Positions 6,587-12,236 of a stretch of 12,236 nt of DNA are shown here, in pieces. The notes beneath the pieces are model-generated. The model was given only the letters and a program-made list of their open reading frames with translations, had not been told where the DNA came from and made no database searches. Source of the DNA: Candidatus Thalassarchaeaceae archaeon (GTDB taxonomy: Archaea; Thermoplasmatota; Poseidoniia; Poseidoniales; Thalassarchaeaceae); assembly GCA_030747675.1 (NCBI GenBank), contig JASLKH010000003.1, positions 1-12,236 on the forward strand, in the 5' to 3' direction. The first letter of the stretch is position 1, and each line of letters begins with the position of its first letter. Made by a program: the position numbers and the translations under genes.

Positions 6587-7621
6587 ATGTCTGAAGACTG
6601 GGAGATTTCTTGGAGCCATCAAGTTGAGGGGAGAGTCGGTGCAATTTGTTGCGTAGGTGAAGACAGTCTAATTGCAGCAGGAAATATTGTTCGCCGCCTA
6701 AATTCAGATGGTGATTTCATTTGGAGGAGAGAATTTTCATTTGATGTCTACCGTTTAGCACATGACGGTACGAACATGGCAGTTCTAGCAGGTTCAGCCT
6801 TCTTTATTCTCGACCTATCCACTGGAGAACCAATCGGTGAAGGCCGTTCTGTTGCGGGAGGTTTCAGAGATGTGATAGTTAGACCTGGAGGGGGATGGGT
6901 ATTGGCGGATCGTGGAGATCACATTCACCTTTTCAATCGTAGAGGAAGGGGGATACGTAGATTACGCCCAGGTTCTTTGATGAAGATGATTGGTTGGCTT
7001 GATCGTGAACTTTTATTGGCACAGGACGCAGATGGCTGTATGCGTGCCCTTCGTTTGGGAGGAGATGATGCACAAAGGAAGATTGAATCGATACGATGGT
7101 CTTGGATATCTGAATTGCAAGAAGGCCGATTAGTGGTGCAAAAAATAGACGGTAGTTTGTATGAAGGTGTCCCCAACCCATTTGGGTGGGATCAATTAGA
7201 GCGAATTCCTGGAGACGGTTTAATCCCTATATCTGCAGCTTGGACAGGAGAAGGATGGTGGACATTAGATGTATCTTGTGATTTAATTAGATTACCAATG
7301 AGTGACGATTCAATTCGTCATCCTGCTGGTGATTTACTAGTTTCAAATAAAGTTGATCGGATGCTTACCTCTACAAGAGATGGACTAGTTCGAATGTGGG
7401 TTGCCCCTCACCTTGCAAGTAGGAGGCGTTTGCTATTCGAAGAAATTGCCACGGGCGAAATTCGTCGATTGGATTGGGAGCAACGACAGGTCATTTTTGA
7501 AGCCGCCAGAGATGCTGAAGAGAATGGGATGCTTAGCCGTGCCATTGAGTTGTATGACTCTCTAGGGCGCGCTGATGATGTTCATCGCTTAATTTCTCTA
7601 AGGGAGGGATATGATGAATAA
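6587..7621 (+). CDS. Hypothetical protein, probable beta-propeller (PQQ/WD40-like) with short C-terminal helical segment
   Basis: Repeated short beta-strand units with Gly/Trp/Asp turns ('RRLNSDGDFIWRREF', 'FILDLSTGEPIG', 'IHLFNRRGRGIRRL', 'TSTRDGLVRMW'). Helical end 'FEAARDAEENGMLSRAIELYDSLGRADDVHRL'. GGAGG SD at 6575-6579; starts 2 nt after the upstream stop. Confidence 0.6.
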   Translation: MSEDWEISWSHQVEGRVGAICCVGEDSLIAAGNIVRRLNSDGDFIWRREFSFDVYRLAHDGTNMAVLAGSAFFILDLSTGEPIGEGRSVAGGFRDVIVRPGGGWVLADRGDHIHLFNRRGRGIRRLRPGSLMKMIGWLDRELLLAQDADGCMRALRLGGDDAQRKIESIRWSWISELQEGRLVVQKIDGSLYEGVPNPFGWDQLERIPGDGLIPISAAWTGEGWWTLDVSCDLIRLPMSDDSIRHPAGDLLVSNKVDRMLTSTRDGLVRMWVAPHLASRRRLLFEEIATGEIRRLDWEQRQVIFEAARDAEENGMLSRAIELYDSLGRADDVHRLISLREGYDE

Positions 7622-7913
7622 TCAGAATACTGAAGTCACAGAATCTCTAATTTCTCGATATTTGAAATTGACTCATATGGCAAGAGAAAAGGCCACACCA
7701 GTACACGATAAAGGTACAAATGAATCGAAAAACCTCGAAATTATGATGGAAATGGCAGACTCTTATGCATCAGATGCAAAATGGTTTGTTGGTCAAGGCG
7801 ATTTTGTCCGTGCATTTGGAGCAATTAATTATGCACATGCCTGGATTGATTGCGCTGTAAAAATCGGTTTACTGGATGGGCATGGCGATGATGACATGTT
7901 CACCTTACCTTAA
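7611..7913 (+). CDS. DUF357 family protein
   Basis: The pattern 'MEMADSYASDAKWFVGQGDFVRAFGAINYAHAWIDCAVKIGLLD' matches the archaeal DUF357 helical family as I recall it. SD-like GGGAGG lies just upstream; the gene overlaps the previous stop. Confidence 0.85.
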   Translation: MMNNQNTEVTESLISRYLKLTHMAREKATPVHDKGTNESKNLEIMMEMADSYASDAKWFVGQGDFVRAFGAINYAHAWIDCAVKIGLLDGHGDDDMFTLP

Positions 7914-7914
7914 T

Positions 7915-8283
7915 TTATTCAATTAATCGAAGACCCTTTGAAGAAGTCACTTCAATAACTGCTGCATTAGCTGCATGAAGTCTAGATTTGAGTGTTTTAT
8001 CTACAGTTAATACGGGAAGAGATTGTGAGATTGCTAATTCAAGGATTTCATCATCTGTGTGAGTATAATCTCTCTCAGAATTGATTATTTCCGCCCTTTC
8101 TTCCAATAATTCAAGTAATAACCCACTTCCGTTTTGGTTTTCTAATATTTTGAGCTCATTCAATATTGAATTTGTAATTTTTATCTCAACAGGGCCAATT
8201 TGACTTTCAAGAGATAAATCGATATTTATTCTTGCATCTACTATTGCTACCCAACCACAGGTATCAATAATGATTCCAGTCAA
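7915..8283 (-). CDS. PIN-domain ribonuclease (archaeal Fcf1/Utp24-like, eIF2-gamma-linked)
   Basis: PIN acidic motifs 'IIIDTC', 'ILNELK', 'TDDEIL' and 'LTVDKTLKSRL'. Lies directly downstream of eif2g, a known conserved archaeal gene order (rps6e-eif2g-PIN). Confidence 0.85.
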   Translation of the reverse strand: MTGIIIDTCGWVAIVDARINIDLSLESQIGPVEIKITNSILNELKILENQNGSGLLLELLEERAEIINSERDYTHTDDEILELAISQSLPVLTVDKTLKSRLHAANAAVIEVTSSKGLRLIE

Positions 8284-8287
8284 GTAA

Positions 8288-9535
8288 TCACCCTGTGATT
8301 ACACCGTGACCAATTAATCTCCAACGGCTACCAATCCGTCTTGAGAGTGTGATTCGGCTACCAGTTGGGGCACAAATTGGGAGGCGTAAGGAAAGGGAAG
8401 ATGCCTTACCTTTGACCGATGTAACGACTCCAACGCTAGTTGCCGTTGCTGAATTAAGCATCAGCATCTCTCCTGGTTGCAATGGCCGAACTTTTTCAGG
8501 ACCACCTTCTCCACTTGTCACCATTTCATTCAGAAGGTTGAGTTCGATGTCCAAGTCCTCCCAAATAGGTGGTAATTCTCCTGCTCGTGCCATGACTTGT
8601 CCAGAAAGGTTGTCTGATTTTGTATGTACTGGATCAAGTGGTGTTGCAATTCCACAGAGCCCTCCTGCGTGAACTGAATTCAAATCCAGTCCTCCTCCCT
8701 GAACACTGCTAATTGTAGTTGTGATTGGCTCCCATCGCGATTTGTTTCCTTCTGCGATTTTACGGCCAGGGGCGATAACAATTTCATCACCAATATTGAA
8801 TTCCCCAGTTACAACAGAACCACCGATAATTCCTCCTTTAAGTTTCGACGGTCTTGCCCCTGGACGATTGATATCAAAAGATCGAGCAACATACATCAAA
8901 CCATCTTCCTTTTTCCTCAAGTCTGGAGTCGGTATGGTATCTTCTATAGCATTAATCAATATATCTAGATTGACATCATGATGAGCACTAACTGGAATGA
9001 TAGGAGCATTTTCAGCAATCGTCCCAGATATGAATTCTTGAATTTCTTTATGAGATTGTAAAGCCCTTTCTTTGCTCACAATGTCGACTTTATTTTGGAC
9101 TACGACAATGTTATTGATACCTGCGATTTCAAGAGCCATTAGGTGTTCCCTAGTTTGTGGTTGTGGACACTTTTCGTTTGCAGCAATCAGAAGTAAGGCA
9201 CCATCCATAATTGAGGCACCTGAAATCATTACTGCCATCAATGTCTCGTGACCAGGTGCATCCACAAAGGAAACAACTCTCAAAAGTTCCTTTTCATCAT
9301 CTTCTTTGCCATTGGGGCGTTTCCCACTTGCATAGGATTCTCCTTTCTTAGTTCGGAAAAATGCAGTATCAGCATATCCTAATTTGATACTAATGCCACG
9401 CTTTCTTTCTTCAGAATGAGTATCGGTCCAAGTTCCTGAAAGTGCTTGAGTAAGTGTTGTTTTGCCATGATCCACATGACCAACTAGGCCGATATTGACT
9501 TCCGGTTGCCCGGGTAACAATTTCTTTTTGGCCAA
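8288..9535 (-). CDS. eif2g: Translation initiation factor 2 subunit gamma (aIF2-gamma)
   Basis: 'QPEVNIGLVGHVDHGKTTLTQALSGTWTDTHSEERKRGISIKLGY', 'VSFVDAPGHETLMAVM', 'QNKVD', 'PVSA', 'ARSFDINRPG' and the C-terminal 'RWRLIGHG'. TTG start at 9535 with SD-like GGAAGTGA upstream. Confidence 0.98.
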   Translation of the reverse strand: MAKKKLLPGQPEVNIGLVGHVDHGKTTLTQALSGTWTDTHSEERKRGISIKLGYADTAFFRTKKGESYASGKRPNGKEDDEKELLRVVSFVDAPGHETLMAVMISGASIMDGALLLIAANEKCPQPQTREHLMALEIAGINNIVVVQNKVDIVSKERALQSHKEIQEFISGTIAENAPIIPVSAHHDVNLDILINAIEDTIPTPDLRKKEDGLMYVARSFDINRPGARPSKLKGGIIGGSVVTGEFNIGDEIVIAPGRKIAEGNKSRWEPITTTISSVQGGGLDLNSVHAGGLCGIATPLDPVHTKSDNLSGQVMARAGELPPIWEDLDIELNLLNEMVTSGEGGPEKVRPLQPGEMLMLNSATATSVGVVTSVKGKASSLSLRLPICAPTGSRITLSRRIGSRWRLIGHGVITG

Positions 9536-9551
9536 CGCATCACTTCCCTAA

Positions 9552-10043
9552 TCACTCCGCGTCAGCATCGCTTGAAGCGTCGCCATCTGCTGCGAATATG
9601 TCTTCTAGGGACTTGTTGCCATTGTCGATAACTTTGAGGTTTATCTGTCGAGTTGCTGCCGAAATCACGTTACCACGAAATACACGACGCTTTCGCAGTC
9701 CATCATATGTGTAGCGATATCGCTGGCCTTTTTTCTTCACAATCTTATGGCCTTTGAATCCAGTACTCGGTGATACGAGTACCTTCTTTCGATTCCCCCC
9801 ATCGAGGTCAGCTCGCATTGGTGTACCTGTTAAGTCAGATCCACCTGTGATTTCAAGCTTGAATCCACCAAGAGTCACCTCTCCTTCGCCAACGAATAAT
9901 CCGTCAACAGTATCACCGATTTTCTTGCCAAGGAAATGATTGTAGTTCGATCCACTAATGTCAATTGAGTACGACTTGCCGCCGTTCTTTGGGTCGGTGT
10001 CATTTACGACCGCTTTGAACACTTGTTCTGCTCGTTGTGCCAT
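9552..10043 (-). CDS. rps6e: 30S ribosomal protein S6e
   Basis: 'FLGKKIGDTVDG', 'KLEITGGSDLTGTPMRADL' and 'RRVFRGNVIS...QINLKV'. Adjacent to eif2g; SD-like GAGGA upstream. Confidence 0.97.
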   Translation of the reverse strand: MAQRAEQVFKAVVNDTDPKNGGKSYSIDISGSNYNHFLGKKIGDTVDGLFVGEGEVTLGGFKLEITGGSDLTGTPMRADLDGGNRKKVLVSPSTGFKGHKIVKKKGQRYRYTYDGLRKRRVFRGNVISAATRQINLKVIDNGNKSLEDIFAADGDASSDADAE

Positions 10044-10075
10044 AGGTCAATCCTCGTGCGCCTCGGCGAGAGTCG

Positions 10076-10086
10076 CCCCCTATAAG
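10076..10086 (-). promoter_or_regulatory. Putative TATA box plus G-run upstream of rps6e
   Basis: The minus strand reads CTTATAGGGGG, with the G-run starting 37 nt before the ATG at 10043. Confidence 0.45.
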
Positions 10087-10137
10087 AGCGGTTCGGCCCA
10101 ATACGCCGTAGGCGAGAGAACCAATTTGACTATTTTT

Positions 10138-11313
10138 TCATTGATTCAAAGCCTGCTCAAGACGTTTTTCAAGAGTTCCGGGCAAACTATCTGGCATTGA
10201 AATGTACTGGGTCCGCCCCCGTCCAGCCTTTGCAGTTGCCATTCGAGTTACCATCAATCCCCTGGACTCTAGTGACTTGATATTTTTCCAAAATGTTGTG
10301 TGGCTGCGTGGTTTGGCACTAAATTCTTCACAAACCACTTTATACAATTTTTCGGCATCTCCTGTGGTAATTTCAGGATCCCGCCGCAATCTTCGACAAA
10401 TGGCAAGAAGAGTCAATTTTTCGTGTTCTAGAAGTTCATTGACAAGACTCGGTTCAACAGTCTGTAGTTTGGAGTCTTTCCTTTCTTGGTCCACATGCTG
10501 AATTTCTACTTCTCTAGATCCATCCATTTCAGCTGACTTCACAGACGCTTCGAGTAGTTCAATTGCAACTCTAGCATCTCCAGATTCAGCGGCTACTTGC
10601 CCAATTAAAGTTAGTATTGATTCTGACACAGCCCCATGCCTAGTTGCCAATTCTGCACGTTGAGATGCAATTGCAGTCAATTGTTCCGATGTGTAAGGTT
10701 TGAGTGCGAGATGATTTGATTTCCCGAAACGTGAAATTATCGCCCCTTCTAATTGATCTAAAACTTGTTCTTGACTAACCAATATGAGTGACAATGTACC
10801 ACTTTCATCTCGCCCTTCATCTATTCTGAGGAGTTGATAAAGAAGATCGCCTCCCTCTCTACGTAGTAAATGGTCAATTTCATCTAAAATTAGTAGCATA
10901 TGTTGGTTCCTTGTTCTCAAATTTCTTCGAATTCCCTGAATTACCTCACTTGATGAGAATCCGCGGTCTGGCCATCTTTCGTCGAGTGTTTTCGCAATAC
11001 GTTGAAGCACCTGTGCGATAGAAGGGTGGTTTCTACAATTGACATGTACAGTTGTGATCGTTCTAATTGCAGATAGATGACGTGAGATATCATCGCCGAA
11101 AGCACGACTAAGCACAGTCTTTCCACATCCAACATTGCCTGTAATGACAGCTCTGCAAGATATACCTGGGGTTCCGATTGCTGCGAACATTGCTGCCAGG
11201 GCCTCTTGCTCCTTTCCTCGTCCGACAATTTCAGGTGGCACCCAATCATAGGAAAGAGGTGTTGCATCGAGCAAGATTAGCCCGGCGCCAATTCGTTTCA
11301 AGTAATCAGCCAT
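10138..11313 (-). CDS. cdc6: Orc1/Cdc6 family replication initiation protein
   Basis: 'LSYDWVPPEIVGR', Walker A 'GNVGCGKT', 'HVNCR', Walker B 'LILDEID', Arg finger 'SRF', 'KPYTSEQL', sensor-2 'GDARVAI', and a C-terminal winged helix 'TTGDAEKLYKVVCE...RSHTTFWKNIKSLESRGLM...GRGRT'. Confidence 0.97.
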   Translation of the reverse strand: MADYLKRIGAGLILLDATPLSYDWVPPEIVGRGKEQEALAAMFAAIGTPGISCRAVITGNVGCGKTVLSRAFGDDISRHLSAIRTITTVHVNCRNHPSIAQVLQRIAKTLDERWPDRGFSSSEVIQGIRRNLRTRNQHMLLILDEIDHLLRREGGDLLYQLLRIDEGRDESGTLSLILVSQEQVLDQLEGAIISRFGKSNHLALKPYTSEQLTAIASQRAELATRHGAVSESILTLIGQVAAESGDARVAIELLEASVKSAEMDGSREVEIQHVDQERKDSKLQTVEPSLVNELLEHEKLTLLAICRRLRRDPEITTGDAEKLYKVVCEEFSAKPRSHTTFWKNIKSLESRGLMVTRMATAKAGRGRTQYISMPDSLPGTLEKRLEQALNQ

Positions 11314-11341
11314 CGCTGAAGCCCACAGTTGGCTGTTCTTG

Positions 11342-11348
11342 AATATAT
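11342..11348 (-). promoter_or_regulatory. Putative TATA box upstream of cdc6
   Basis: The minus strand reads ATATATT about 30-35 nt upstream of ATG 11313; no SD precedes this ATG. Confidence 0.3.
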
Positions 11349-11408
11349 GGACTGATAGAAGGTAAATGAATGCTCGATACGGACTTGATTTAATACACGA
11401 GATGGGGT

Positions 11409-12236
11409 CTAAGGAATTTCATCGAATTGGTAGCCCATTTCCCATTTTTTCTCACCAAGTGCAACTTCCAGCTCAAATGGTGTAATCAGTGGTTTGGCGT
11501 ACCGAACCGAATCATCAATCGCAATTCGTGGGCAGGCTGTATTGACAAATGCGTCTACAGGATAGAAGTCGATCAACTCAGGACCGACGTGTTCCAAAGC
11601 CAATAGGTACCCCTTCTTGCCATGCTTTTCGAGAATTTTCTTCATCCTCAATGCCAGTGTGCGACGCATTTGGCCAGGTTTCTCACCGATTAGAATGCCA
11701 AACGTTTCTGCATTGTCACAAGCCATGATGAGGCCGAATCGCTGCCTTAGGATTCTCTCAATGCGTCCGAATGACATTTCCTCCGCATCTCCAGAGTAAG
11801 GGTCGAGCATGGCCAGAGGTTTTCCAGTGTGGAGTACCAAACCAATGGGGTGGAAATCACCACTGCCAAGGAATAGGTAGTGTCCAATGTCGTCTTGGTC
11901 GCCAGAATAGTTGCACCCTAATACTTGACCAGGGAATGTCAATCTAGCACCTCCAACGGGGACTTCAACCTCAAAGCCAGCGGCTTCTAACCGTTCTTTG
12001 TACTCAAAAATAAGATGTAAATGTTGGATGCTGCCCACCAGACCTAATTTGGTCCCTGTTAGAGGAGCTACACGCCCAACTGCATCGAGGAAACGTTCCT
12101 GCGCCTCGTCAGTGCTAACCGCCTGTTCGGATTGTGCATTCGCCAATCTTTGCTCAGCAATTGCATGATGTTCTGCGAGAATCGGCAATATGGGGTCGAT
12201 GGCAGGGTCTCCATCGTAAGTGACATTGATGAATTG
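11409..12236 (-). CDS. dph2: Diphthamide biosynthesis radical-SAM enzyme Dph2 (5'-truncated by the window edge)
   Basis: 'KLGLVGSIQH', 'GQVLGCNY' and 'VNTACPRIAIDD' (two Fe-S ligand Cys motifs), 'GSGDFHP', 'GEKPGQ', 'ITPFELEVAL...YQFDEI'. The frame is open from 12236 (QFINVTYDGDPAIDPILPIL...), so the true start is outside the window. Confidence 0.96.
   Translation of the reverse strand, partial: QFINVTYDGDPAIDPILPILAEHHAIAEQRLANAQSEQAVSTDEAQERFLDAVGRVAPLTGTKLGLVGSIQHLHLIFEYKERLEAAGFEVEVPVGGARLTFPGQVLGCNYSGDQDDIGHYLFLGSGDFHPIGLVLHTGKPLAMLDPYSGDAEEMSFGRIERILRQRFGLIMACDNAETFGILIGEKPGQMRRTLALRMKKILEKHGKKGYLLALEHVGPELIDFYPVDAFVNTACPRIAIDDSVRYAKPLITPFELEVALGEKKWEMGYQFDEIP

Noticed and set aside
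7915-8283. PIN gene as a VapC toxin of a toxin-antitoxin or defence locus
   Set aside because: There is no adjacent antitoxin ORF, and it sits in the conserved rps6e-eif2g-PIN order typical of the housekeeping Fcf1/Utp24-like nuclease.
11314-11408. Canonical origin directly upstream of cdc6
   Set aside because: The gap is only 95 bp, with no ORB dyad, G-string or long AT-rich element.
11818-11834. ORB-like string GGTTTTCCAGTGTGGAG
   Set aside because: It is a single copy inside the dph2 coding sequence (encoding LHTGKP), does not match the TTCCAnTGGAA spacing, and has no adjacent AT-rich tract.
328-12236. The many short overlapping ORFs in the track (for example 328-576, 814-1113, 2978-3334, 3829-4275, 5183-5548, 5858-6256, 8349-8672, 10202-10501, 10941-11267)
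   Set aside because: All lie antisense to, or in alternative frames of, well-supported genes, show no recognisable motifs, and have the S/L/P-rich composition expected of shadow ORFs.

Overview
Archaeal chromosomal DNA, most consistent with a marine Thermoplasmatota such as Ca. Poseidoniales/Marine Group II. This is an inference from the class II HMG-CoA reductase, the acidic proteins and the gene set; no search was run. Left to right: the 3' part of smc followed by scpA and scpB (+); a class II HMG-CoA reductase (-); a ~300-bp divergent intergenic region; a tightly packed three-gene + strand unit (P-loop ATPase/acidic linker/winged-helix protein, beta-propeller-like protein, DUF357 protein); and a - strand informational cluster dph2 (5'-truncated by the window) - cdc6/orc1 - rps6e - eif2g - PIN nuclease. 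The most striking unexplained structure is at 4670-4808. It has five 11-bp helically phased direct repeats ending in CGTTA, an embedded perfect 8-1-8 palindrome, a 39/40 A+T tract, and an inverted repeat copy on the far side of that tract. This origin-like layout has no canonical ORB boxes. It sits immediately upstream of an uncharacterised ATPase-wHTH gene, between smc-scpAB and cdc6. No rRNA, tRNA, CRISPR array or mobile element was seen.
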